A stretch of 64,000 bases of DNA from Chthoniobacteraceae bacterium (GCA_031409655.1 JANNXQ010000012.1:43509-107508), one strand, 5' to 3'. Shown: positions 28,189 to 36,897, counted from the first letter of the stretch. The notes: generated from the sequence alone by a model not told the origin. Translations and numbers: made by a program.

Positions 28189-28925
28189 CGCATCCCTTTT
28201 CTCTCTCTGGCAAGACGGTGCTCATCACTGGCGCGACCGCGGGCCTCGGTCGGCAGACCGCGATCACTGCGGCGCAGATGGGTGCGCGGGTCCTCGTCAC
28301 GGGGCGAAACGAAGAGCGTCTCGCCGCGACCCACAGGCAACTCGAAGGCTGTGGGCACCTGGCGATCGCCGCAAATCTCGTCGAGGAGAAGGAACGCGAA
28401 GCCCTTGTTAGTCAGCTTCCAGCGCTCGATGGCATCGTCCACTGCGCGGGGGTCACGTTGCTGCATCCGTTTAAGTTCAGCGACGAAAAGCGCTACCGCG
28501 AAGTGTACGCGATCAATGTCGAAGCGCCGCTTTTCCTCACTCAACGCCTCTTCAAAAGTAAGCGGCTCACCAATGGCGGGTCGATCGTCTTTATCGCTTC
28601 GCTGGGGGCCTTCATCGGTGCGCGGGGGCACTCGATCTATGCGGGATCAAAGGCGGCCATCATCGGTATCATGAGGGTGCTGGCGCACGAACTCGCCGGT
28701 AATGGCATCCGGGTGAATTGTCTCTCGCCCGGAATGGTAAAGACCGAGGTGGTCGATGGCTTTTCCCAGCAAGTCTCCGCCGAAGTCGTCGCTGCCGATG
28801 AAGCCCGCTACCCGCTCGGCTACGGCACGCCGGAGGATGTCGCCAATACCGCGGTCTTCTATCTCGCCCCCGCGAGCAAATGGATCACCGGCACCAACCT
28901 CATCATGGATGGAGGCCTTACTTAA
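28185..28925 (+). CDS. SDR oxidoreductase (FabG-like ketoreductase)
   Basis: TGATAGLG, YAGSK, RVNCLSPG, WITG..L.MDGG. Confidence 0.92.
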   Translation: MTHPFSLSGKTVLITGATAGLGRQTAITAAQMGARVLVTGRNEERLAATHRQLEGCGHLAIAANLVEEKEREALVSQLPALDGIVHCAGVTLLHPFKFSDEKRYREVYAINVEAPLFLTQRLFKSKRLTNGGSIVFIASLGAFIGARGHSIYAGSKAAIIGIMRVLAHELAGNGIRVNCLSPGMVKTEVVDGFSQQVSAEVVAADEARYPLGYGTPEDVANTAVFYLAPASKWITGTNLIMDGGLT

Positions 28926-28927
28926 TT

Positions 28928-29125
28928 ATGCCCATGTTCTCAATCGAACCCACCAAGCTCGGACGTTACATCTCAGGGACTGCTGCGGACGCGCGCATCC
29001 CGGATCCTGATGTGGAAATTCCCCTGAAACGAACTCCGGAACGAGGTGCCAAAGCCTCGCGTCGCAGTCTCGCTAAACCGTGCTCAAGCGCCGGCGACGA
29101 GGCTTCGGGCGCTCACCAAAGCTGA
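28928..29125 (+). CDS. Putative 65-aa small protein inside the operon
   Basis: Starts 2 nt after the SDR stop and ends 1 nt before the next ATG (TGA-T-ATG). No motif recognised. Confidence 0.4.
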   Translation: MPMFSIEPTKLGRYISGTAADARIPDPDVEIPLKRTPERGAKASRRSLAKPCSSAGDEASGAHQS

Positions 29126-29126
29126 T

Positions 29127-30170
29127 ATGCCCACGCTCTCGATTTCGAATGTCCGCTTCGCCGGACTCGCCGTCGCGGTGCCTCCAGTCGAAGAGGTTTC
29201 CTGGTCGGAAGTTTGGGGTGCGGATCACCTCCACGTCGCGCAACAGCGCCACGAAACGCCCTTTCGACGAATGGCGAAAGTCGAGCAGTGTCAGTCCGAT
29301 CTCTGTGTCGATGCTGCACGGAGTCTTCTCGCCGATCTCAAGTGGGCTGCGGCGAGCGTTGACCTCGTCGTGATGGCTACGCTCACGCCTGACTACCCGA
29401 TTCCGGCGACGGCGATTATCGTGCAGGACCGTCTCGGTATTCCCAAGAGCGCCGCCGCCTTTGATCTCCCAAGTGGCTCGCTGGGCTTCATCCATGGCTT
29501 GCAACTCGTCGCCAGCATGCTGAATCCGGGTTCGTTTAAGCGCGCGTTGCTCCTCACTGGCGAGGTCTCGAAGACGCCGGATACTTCCGATCACTGTGCG
29601 CCCCACCGCGCGATTCATGGCCATAGCGGGAGCGTGTGCGCTCTGGAGTTTTGGGAAGGGGCAGAGCCGATCTACTTCGATGCCGGCGGTGACGGCGCGG
29701 ATTTTGATGCGCTCTATATGCCCATCGGCGGCGTGCGCAATCCGCCTCGGCCCGAGATGTTCAATGACCCCGAAAGCGTGCGCGGGGCGAGCGAGTTTGT
29801 CCTGGATGCGGCGAAGCTTGGAGCACGGGCGCACGACGAATTGCCCGCGTCGATGCTGCGTGTCCTCGACGCGGCGGGTCACACTTCCCGGGAAGTAGAT
29901 GCCTGTTACCTGAGCGAACTTCCGTTGCCAGTGGAGTCCGCGATCCGCCGGGAAATGCAGTTTCCGATCGACCGCTTGCACAGTGTCATTCCGGACTTCG
30001 GGGCGAGCGGATCGGGCACCATCCCACTCGCCATGCTGGCCCGCGAGGCTGCGCGTTTGCGCGCCGGTCGGCAGACCTCGCTACTCAGCGCCATGGGCCC
30101 TGGCCTTGCCTGGGGAAGCGTGTTGCTCGCCACCGATTCCATCTCCTGCCCGGAACTCCTCGAAGTCTGA
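29127..30170 (+). CDS. FabH-like protein with degenerate catalytic triad
   Basis: Aligns along its length with 27136-28188 (SDLC..AA..L, TPDYP.PATA, FDAGGDG, GPGLAWG) but has DLPSGSLG, YLSELP and FGASGSG at the triad positions. Confidence 0.85.
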   Translation: MPTLSISNVRFAGLAVAVPPVEEVSWSEVWGADHLHVAQQRHETPFRRMAKVEQCQSDLCVDAARSLLADLKWAAASVDLVVMATLTPDYPIPATAIIVQDRLGIPKSAAAFDLPSGSLGFIHGLQLVASMLNPGSFKRALLLTGEVSKTPDTSDHCAPHRAIHGHSGSVCALEFWEGAEPIYFDAGGDGADFDALYMPIGGVRNPPRPEMFNDPESVRGASEFVLDAAKLGARAHDELPASMLRVLDAAGHTSREVDACYLSELPLPVESAIRREMQFPIDRLHSVIPDFGASGSGTIPLAMLAREAARLRAGRQTSLLSAMGPGLAWGSVLLATDSISCPELLEV

Positions 30171-30173
30171 CCC

Positions 30174-31160
30174 ATGCTTACTGGCATCCTCGATAATCTG
30201 CTCCTCAACGGTGACTTCCTGCCTGATCTCTGGACCCGTCTGCCCGACCCACGCGCGTCCTTGGAATGCCCCAACTGGAGGCAGACCTTCGCCGTGGATC
30301 GCTGGAAGATCCGCTACGCGATGCCGCATGGCGCGGGCATTCGCCAGGCCATGTCCAGCGATGTGCCGATGCAAGCCGCCGCCGCGCGCAGTCTCGAACT
30401 ACGGGGCGCCACAGGCGTCACTCAGCCGGTCTTTCTCGGACAGCGCATTGAGGCTGCGGAGGTTGTTCGTTACCGGCGGCGGATGATCTTTTCCGCCTGG
30501 GTACGAATCGAGCATCCCGACAAAGGCCCTAAAGAAGTGGACCTGACGATCGGTACCGCGCGGGACCCGGATGTCTTTGGTAATCCTTTCAATGACAACG
30601 TCCGCAACGAAGTCAGCATTCGCTTTGAAGAAGCGCCGGTGGGCCGCTGGTGGCTTATCGAACGAGACATCGACGGTCGCGGCTTTGCCGCGAATGGGCT
30701 CTCGGTGGAACTGGAGTTTCCCGCGGACCTACTGGACACCCCGGATGCCCGCGTGCGGGTCGCGGCCCTGCGGCTCACGGATGCATCCGCGGCGGGCCGT
30801 TCCATGGAGCGGGCCGCTGGCGTCGAACGCCTCCTCGCGCGCCGTTTCTTCCAGCGCCATGATTCCAGCACCGTCAACTCCCTGGGCCGCGCGCTCGTGG
30901 TCAATGCGCACGAGCTGCACTTCCAATTCACCTTCGCCGAGATGCGCGCCTTTCCCGCCGTTACGCTGACGCAAGACGAATCCCAGCTCTGCGTCTTCAA
31001 TCTCGAAGGCCTCCCGCAGACGGGCTTTACTTGTGACGTTACTTATCGCTCGTGTGGCTCTGTCATCCTCCGCGCCACCAAGGAAAACCACGGTTTGCGT
31101 GATGGCTTCCTTTCCTTTGTTGGCACCGGCGGCGCGATCCTTCTGGACGCGGAGTTATGA
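30174..31160 (+). CDS. Hypothetical protein resembling a phage tail-fibre C-terminal / carbohydrate-binding domain
   Basis: NLLLNGDF...VDRW...GQRIE...FSAWV...ERLLARRFFQ...F.EMRAFPAVT...LDAEL* matches the motif series recalled for phage tail-fibre tips (NxIINGDF, DRW, QxIE, LCQRYY, MRxxPTV, DAEL). Confidence 0.6.
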   Translation: MLTGILDNLLLNGDFLPDLWTRLPDPRASLECPNWRQTFAVDRWKIRYAMPHGAGIRQAMSSDVPMQAAAARSLELRGATGVTQPVFLGQRIEAAEVVRYRRRMIFSAWVRIEHPDKGPKEVDLTIGTARDPDVFGNPFNDNVRNEVSIRFEEAPVGRWWLIERDIDGRGFAANGLSVELEFPADLLDTPDARVRVAALRLTDASAAGRSMERAAGVERLLARRFFQRHDSSTVNSLGRALVVNAHELHFQFTFAEMRAFPAVTLTQDESQLCVFNLEGLPQTGFTCDVTYRSCGSVILRATKENHGLRDGFLSFVGTGGAILLDAEL

Positions 31161-31960
31161 CGACATTTCGTTTCGCGGAGTTCGGCGTGGAGCGCATTGA
31201 AAAGGGACGATCCACTTTCATCGCCGAAGACTCCCGGCAGCCAGCCTGGCGGGAATTTGAATCCTGGCGCGACGCCGGCAATCAGCCATTGCCGCTCGCG
31301 CGCCGTTCTCCGTTTGCAGTTGCCCGAGATCCCAAGCGTTTGTGGATCATCGGAGCCGGCGGCTTTGGTCGTGAGATTTTCGGAGCCGCACAATCGGCCC
31401 TCGGACACCGGTCGGAGTGGGAGATCGCCGGGTTCCTGAATGACATCGTTGATTCGCTGGACGCCTTCCCGGAGTTCCCGCGGATCGCGGCCGGGACCGA
31501 CTACGAACCAGAGGAAAATGACGTCTTCACTTGCGCGATTGGCGAACTGCCGGGGCGCCGTGATGTCTGCGAAAAATTCCGCGCGCGCGGAGCAAGGTTT
31601 GTCAATCTCATCCAGCCGATGGCCTGCGTCTCTCCGAGCGCGGAGCTGGGGCAGGGGATTATCGTCGAAGCCATGGCGGGCATCGGGGCGAATGCGCACA
31701 TCGGCGATTTTTCGACCGTCCTTAGTCACGCCAATGTCGGACACGATTCAAAGATCGGTGCGTATGTTTCCATCTCGCCGTTTGCCGCAATCCTCGGTCG
31801 CACCGAGATCGGCGAAGGCGTGGTCATCGGCAGCCACGCGGTCGTCTTGCCCGATGTGAAGATCGGTCCCGGTGCCACCGTCGGCGCCGGTAGTGTGGTG
31901 CTGAAGGATGTGCCTGCGGGCGCGACGGTCTTCGGCGTTCCGGCGATGCGGATCAAATGA
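31157..31960 (+). CDS. NeuD/PglD/VioB-like sugar acyltransferase with an extra N-terminal domain
   Basis: IIGAGGFGRE, hexapeptide repeats, HANVGHD, VGAGSVV, GVPA. The first ~47 aa are not part of the family. Confidence 0.9.
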   Translation: MTTFRFAEFGVERIEKGRSTFIAEDSRQPAWREFESWRDAGNQPLPLARRSPFAVARDPKRLWIIGAGGFGREIFGAAQSALGHRSEWEIAGFLNDIVDSLDAFPEFPRIAAGTDYEPEENDVFTCAIGELPGRRDVCEKFRARGARFVNLIQPMACVSPSAELGQGIIVEAMAGIGANAHIGDFSTVLSHANVGHDSKIGAYVSISPFAAILGRTEIGEGVVIGSHAVVLPDVKIGPGATVGAGSVVLKDVPAGATVFGVPAMRIK

Positions 31961-33219
31961 CCATGGCACCTACAACGGCACTCTTCGATTTGCCCGCTGC
32001 CGCGCTTACCGCGGGCGAGACCGTGGCGCCGCGGCTGTTGGGAATTCTCGGAGGCGAGCCTGCTTTTGCCGAACCGCTCCACGTCGGGCGGCCAAACATC
32101 GGCAACCGCGCGCGCCTCCAGGAGCGCATTGATGCGATGCTGGATGCACGGTGGTTTTCCAATGGCGGTCCGCTGGTCCGCGAATTCGAGGACCGCATCG
32201 CGAAGTATCTCGGAGTGAAGCACTGCATCGCGACCTGCAATGGGACCACCGCGCTGATGCTCGCGATCCGCGGCCTCGACCTGAATGGGGAAGTCATCGT
32301 CCCGTCGTTCACTTTCATCGCCACCGCGCACGGCCTGCTCTGGCAGCAGACCAAGCCCGTCTTCTGCGACATCGATCCCGCAACGCACAATCTCGATCCT
32401 GTCTCCGTCGAGAAGCTGATCACGCCGTGGACCACCGGCATCATCGGCGTGCATCTGTGGGGTCGTCCGTGCCCGACTACCGCGCTCCAAGCTCTCGCAA
32501 AGAAACACCGACTGAAGCTGCTCTTCGACGCCAGCCATGCCTTCTCCTGCACGAATGACGGCGATTTCATTGGCCGATTCGGCGACGCCGAAGTCTTTAG
32601 CTTTCATGCGACGAAGTTCCTCAACGCCTTTGAAGGTGGCGCCGTGGTCACGCAGAACGATGCACTCGCAGAGAAGCTGCGGCTGATGCGCAACTTTGGC
32701 TTCACTGGCTACGACAACGTCGAACACATCGGCATGAATGCGAAGATGACCGAGATCTGCGCGGCCATGGGCATCACGGGGCTCGAAAGCATCGACGATT
32801 TCATCGCCGCCAATTTCCGCAACCACGCCGCCTACCGCAGCGCCCTCGCCGACTTGCCGGGAATCATTGTCGCCGAGTATGCGGAAGGCGAGAAGAGTAA
32901 CTACCAATACGTGATCGTCGAAGTGGACCCCGATGAGTGCCCGCTGAATCGCGACGAACTCCTCCGCGTCCTCCACGCCGATCGCGTGCTGGCCCGCCGT
33001 TACTTTCATCCCGGCTGTCACCGCATGGAGCCCTACCGCACCCTTTATCCAGCTTCCGGCCTCGAACTCCCGGAGACCGAACTCCTCTCCGAGCGCATCC
33101 TTGCCCTCCCGACCGGCACCGCGGTGAGTCAGGACGATGTGGAGAGGGTCGGCACAATCATCCGCACCGCCCTCGTCAGCGCGGCAGAAGTGCGCGCGAC
33201 CATTGCCCAGATGGGCTAG
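31957..33219 (+). CDS. DegT/DnrJ family NDP-4-keto-6-deoxyhexose aminotransferase (DesI/VioA-like)
   Basis: LHVGRPN, WFSNGGPLVREFE, DASHA, SFHATKFLNAFEGG (PLP Lys), NAKMTE, RRYF.PGCH.MEPY. Confidence 0.9.
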   Translation: MTMAPTTALFDLPAAALTAGETVAPRLLGILGGEPAFAEPLHVGRPNIGNRARLQERIDAMLDARWFSNGGPLVREFEDRIAKYLGVKHCIATCNGTTALMLAIRGLDLNGEVIVPSFTFIATAHGLLWQQTKPVFCDIDPATHNLDPVSVEKLITPWTTGIIGVHLWGRPCPTTALQALAKKHRLKLLFDASHAFSCTNDGDFIGRFGDAEVFSFHATKFLNAFEGGAVVTQNDALAEKLRLMRNFGFTGYDNVEHIGMNAKMTEICAAMGITGLESIDDFIAANFRNHAAYRSALADLPGIIVAEYAEGEKSNYQYVIVEVDPDECPLNRDELLRVLHADRVLARRYFHPGCHRMEPYRTLYPASGLELPETELLSERILALPTGTAVSQDDVERVGTIIRTALVSAAEVRATIAQMG

Positions 33220-35484
33220 CTAGAAGGAAAGCGAGAAGCCGACGTAGTAGTTCCGTCCGTAGGCGGGGTCGATGCCGTCGTCGCGGATGCGGTTGTAGTA
33301 GTCTTCATCGAAGAGATTGTTAATCCCGGCCTGCACGCTCACGAAGTCTTTGTAGACCTTGGCTTCGGCGGTGAGATCCCAGGTCATGTAGGCGGGGACG
33401 GAGCGCTCGAGGGTATTCGCGTCGTCGGCAAAGGTGTCGCCGACGAAGGTGCCGAGCAGGGCGACTTTCACGCGATCCTGCCAGCGGTAGATCATGCCGG
33501 CGCGGACGAGATAGTCGGGGGCGAAGCGCGGGGTGAGGCCGTCGAGCGGGCCGCTCACAAACTCCGCGTCGAGGATCGTGGCATTCGCGTAGAGGCTCAG
33601 CGAACCGAAGCGCTCAGTGAGGGAGCGCTCGACGGGCACGACGGCTTTGTCCTTGCCCATCGGCGCGGTGGTAGGCGTGCCGCGGAGCGCGTCGGCGAGG
33701 CCGATGATATCGAGTTCGACCGCCGCTTCGACGCCGCGATGCTGCGCGCGGCCGACATTCGCCACGGTACTAAAGCCGCCGGGCAACGCGATGGTCCCGA
33801 CCTGATTGTCGAAATCGAGGAGGAAGGCGCTGACATCCCACGAGACCCACGACGCGGGCCGTCCGCGGAAGCCGACTTCGTATTGCCAGGCCTTGCCGGC
33901 TTCGAGGTCGCTTGGCACGAGCACGGTGCCGCCGGTCGGCACGGCTTGGGTGTAAATCTTCGGGCGATAGCTCTGCGCGACGTTGCCGTAGATCTCGACG
34001 CTCTTCGCGACTTCGTAGGAGATGCCGAGGCCGAAGAGCGGTTCGAATTCTCCATCCTGCTCATCGGCGAGCGGCTGGCCGTCGTTGGTCTTCGAGACGT
34101 TCACGTTCTCCTGCACTTCCTGCCAGAAGTTCTCGAAGCGCACGCCGGGCGTGACCGAGAGCGCGCCCCACTGGAAACGATTTTCCAGGAAGACCGGGAG
34201 ATAGAGCACTTCGCGATCGGCGTCGTACCGCACCACGCCGTCGCGGTCGTTCTTCGATTGCCCGCGGCGCTCCTGCCGTGGCGACTCCGTGCGATAGACC
34301 TGCATCCCGCCGGCGATGGTGTGGGTGCCGCCGAGCCACTGGTAGTCGTGCCGGAGCCGCGCTTCGAGACCGAGGGTGTAGAATTCCTGCTCCTCGTTCG
34401 TCGTCGAATTCGCATCCGGGCCTGTTGGCACGGTGCCAAAGCCGCCGCCGCGCTGCCGCGAACTCCACCGCGAATAATAGCCGCCCCACGCGGTCGCGGT
34501 CAGCTTGGTCTCCGGCGAAAAATCCCGCTCCCAGGCGAGCGAGGCAAAGTACCGCTTCAGCTCGAAACGATCGTAGAGCCGCGAGGCGGCATCGCGATTC
34601 GCGTCGTAGTTCACCGCATTCGGGCCGGTGGCAAAGGTCAGGCCGCCGGGTTCGCCGTGTTCTTCCTCGTAACCTTCGAGGCTCAGGATCCAGCGACTGT
34701 CGGTGTTGCCATCAAGCACGAGCTTAATGTTCGCGGCGTTGAGCTCAAAGTCGCTGTTCGTCGTGCGGAAGCCATCGCCCTGGCGGCGATTGTAATAGGC
34801 GTAGTAACCGAGACGGCCCGAGGTGCCGTCGAGGTAGGTGAAGTTCGAGTAATAGTTGTCGCTGCCGAAGGTGTTCGTCGTGCCGAAAGAAAACGGGCGA
34901 TCGAGCCGCGGGCGATGGGTCACGTAGTTCAGCGCGCCGCCGGGCTGCGGACCAAACTGGAGCGCCGCGCCGCCGCGAAGGAACTCGATGCGATCCACGG
35001 TGTCGAGCGGCGGCGTGTAATAGGCCTCGGGGTAGCCAAATTGATCCGCGTGAATCGGCACGCCGTCCTTGAGCATCTGCGTGAATTGCACGCGATGCGG
35101 ATCGAGGCCGCGATAGCCGATGCTGACGAGCGGCGTGGTCTCTTCGCTGAGGTAAAGTCCGGGCGTGAGCGCGAGCGCCTGGCGGTAGTTGTTGTTGGTG
35201 ATCCGCGGGAAGGCATCGAGGTCGATCAGCGAACTCTTTTTGCCCGAATTGATCCGCGTGCCTTCGACCGCCGGGAGGAAGGGCCCCTGCACGAGAGCAT
35301 CGGCCTCGGCCTCGACGACGACTTCGGAGAGAGTTGCGCTGGGGGTCGATTCCTGCGCCTCGCCCGACATGGCAAGCAAGCCACCGATCAGAGCAGGAGC
35401 CCAAGTGGCAACCGTCTTGGCAAAAAGTGGTGGACGCGGGAGAAGGAGAGACGGGGGCAGAGAGCGGCGGGCAGATGCATTCAT
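33220..35484 (-). CDS. TonB-dependent receptor (FecA-like, probably iron uptake)
   Basis: TonB box LSEVVVEA, plug RIEFLRGGAALQFGP...GGALN, C-terminal NNLFDEDY...GRNYYVGFSLSF. Confidence 0.93.
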   Translation of the reverse strand: MNASARRSLPPSLLLPRPPLFAKTVATWAPALIGGLLAMSGEAQESTPSATLSEVVVEAEADALVQGPFLPAVEGTRINSGKKSSLIDLDAFPRITNNNYRQALALTPGLYLSEETTPLVSIGYRGLDPHRVQFTQMLKDGVPIHADQFGYPEAYYTPPLDTVDRIEFLRGGAALQFGPQPGGALNYVTHRPRLDRPFSFGTTNTFGSDNYYSNFTYLDGTSGRLGYYAYYNRRQGDGFRTTNSDFELNAANIKLVLDGNTDSRWILSLEGYEEEHGEPGGLTFATGPNAVNYDANRDAASRLYDRFELKRYFASLAWERDFSPETKLTATAWGGYYSRWSSRQRGGGFGTVPTGPDANSTTNEEQEFYTLGLEARLRHDYQWLGGTHTIAGGMQVYRTESPRQERRGQSKNDRDGVVRYDADREVLYLPVFLENRFQWGALSVTPGVRFENFWQEVQENVNVSKTNDGQPLADEQDGEFEPLFGLGISYEVAKSVEIYGNVAQSYRPKIYTQAVPTGGTVLVPSDLEAGKAWQYEVGFRGRPASWVSWDVSAFLLDFDNQVGTIALPGGFSTVANVGRAQHRGVEAAVELDIIGLADALRGTPTTAPMGKDKAVVPVERSLTERFGSLSLYANATILDAEFVSGPLDGLTPRFAPDYLVRAGMIYRWQDRVKVALLGTFVGDTFADDANTLERSVPAYMTWDLTAEAKVYKDFVSVQAGINNLFDEDYYNRIRDDGIDPAYGRNYYVGFSLSF

Positions 35485-35495
35485 GGCGGGCAGGT

Positions 35496-35524
35496 TTATT
35501 GCGACTGATTCTCATGTGCAATAA
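35496..35524 (-). promoter_or_regulatory. Fur-box-like palindrome overlapping a putative sigma70 promoter of the TonB receptor
   Basis: Minus strand TTATTGCACATGAGAATCAGTCGCAATAA: 7-bp inverted ends, ATGAGAATCA core; also contains TTGCAC-N17-TAAACC. Confidence 0.65.
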
Positions 35525-35757
35525 GTATCCGCGGAATTCTTCGCTCTTTGGAAGCTGGGCGGGACGGCGGAAATCTCGGGCATTCATCCGCACTCAGGGT
35601 GGTGGCCGTGGTCGGCGATCGCGGGTGCGGTAGCCTGTGGCGAGCGCGGGTGTCGTCTGGGGAAGTTGGAGGCGGTGCGTCCGCTGCTCGGTCCGAGCGG
35701 CTTCTCCATCGGCGGTGATTGCGGCGCGTCGCGGCGAGCGCGGGATCGCTTGCGGGG

Positions 35758-35785
35758 TTGACCTCGCGCGCGGCAGCAGGATACT
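35758..35785 (+). promoter_or_regulatory. Putative sigma70 promoter
   Basis: TTGACC-N16-GATACT, about 40 nt upstream of ATG 35824. Confidence 0.4.
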
Positions 35786-35823
35786 GCGCGGCCCTTTTCC
35801 ACTCACCAAAAGCCAACTCCTCG

Positions 35824-36897
35824 ATGCCCGCCAAGCTCTACATTCCCGGTCCGATCCAAGTCTCTGAAAAAACCTTCCGTGCTTTTTGCCAGCCGATGAT
35901 CGGGCATCGCAGTGGGGATTTTAAGAAGCTCTATGCGTCGATTCATCCGCGGTTGCAGGAGCTGTATGGGACGAAGCAGCCAGTGTTTCTTTCGACCTCG
36001 AGTGCCTGGGGGGTGATGGAGGGGGCGATCCGGAATCTCGTAGGTTCGGGCAAGGTCTTGAACTGCATGAAAGGGGCGTTTTCGGACAAGTGGTTCGATG
36101 TCGCGAAGAAGTGCGGGCGCGAAGCGGTGGCGCTCCAGGCGGAGTGGGGGCAGCCGATCCGGCCGGAGGCGCTGGATGCGGCTTTGAGCGCGGGTGGGTT
36201 TGATGCAGTGACGATCATTCACAATGAAACTTCGACGGGCGTGATGTCGGATATCGCGGGGCTCGCGGCGGTGCTGCGGAAATATCCCGAGGTGTGCTCG
36301 ATCGTGGACAGCGTCTCGTCGTTTTCGGTGCTGCCGATCCCGATGGATGAGCTCGGGCTCGATGTACTGCTGACGGGTTCGCAGAAAGCGCTGGCGATGC
36401 CGCCCGGGCTCGCGCTTTTTTCGGCGAGTGAGAAGGCCTTTGCGCGGGCCGAGAAGGTGCAGGGCCGCGGTTACTATTTTGACTTCCTCGAATTCAAAAA
36501 GAATCAGGCCGATGACATGACCCCATCGACGCCGTCGATCTCGCACATCTACGCGCTGCAATCGAAGCTCGACGACATCTTCGCCGAAGGCGTGGCCGCA
36601 CGGCACGCGCGGCACACGGAACTCAATGACATGATCCACGATTGGGTGCGCCGGCATGGGTTCGAGTTTTTCGCGCCGCAGGGCTATCGGTCAAAGTCGC
36701 TGACCTGTGTGGCGAATAACAAGGGCATCGATGTGGCGGCCTTCGTCGCGAAGCTGAAAGCGGCGCACGGCATCATCATCGATGGCGGCTACGGAAAGCT
36801 GAAAGGCGCGACCTTCCGCATCTCAAACATGGGCGACGAAACCCGCGCGACGATGACGGAGCTGATCGCGGCGCTGGACGATTCGCTGCCGGGCTGA
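35824..36897 (+). CDS. Class V PLP aminotransferase (alanine-glyoxylate/serine-pyruvate family)
   Basis: IPGP, IGHRS, HNETSTG, VDSVSS, GSQKALAMPPGL, FRISNMG. Confidence 0.92.
   Translation: MPAKLYIPGPIQVSEKTFRAFCQPMIGHRSGDFKKLYASIHPRLQELYGTKQPVFLSTSSAWGVMEGAIRNLVGSGKVLNCMKGAFSDKWFDVAKKCGREAVALQAEWGQPIRPEALDAALSAGGFDAVTIIHNETSTGVMSDIAGLAAVLRKYPEVCSIVDSVSSFSVLPIPMDELGLDVLLTGSQKALAMPPGLALFSASEKAFARAEKVQGRGYYFDFLEFKKNQADDMTPSTPSISHIYALQSKLDDIFAEGVAARHARHTELNDMIHDWVRRHGFEFFAPQGYRSKSLTCVANNKGIDVAAFVAKLKAAHGIIIDGGYGKLKGATFRISNMGDETRATMTELIAALDDSLPG

Noticed and set aside
30174..31960. Prophage
   Set aside because: No integrase, capsid, terminase, baseplate or lysis genes; the tail-like module is translationally coupled to biosynthetic genes.
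33739..35508. 589-aa plus-strand ORF and similar long antisense ORFs (9174-10712, 13274-14767, 19365-20939, 54435-55880)
   Set aside because: Antisense shadows of well-supported genes, expected in high-GC DNA; no motifs.
35525..35757. Cobalamin or other riboswitch before the TonB receptor
   Set aside because: No B12 box or other aptamer consensus recognised; a Fur-like box explains regulation better.
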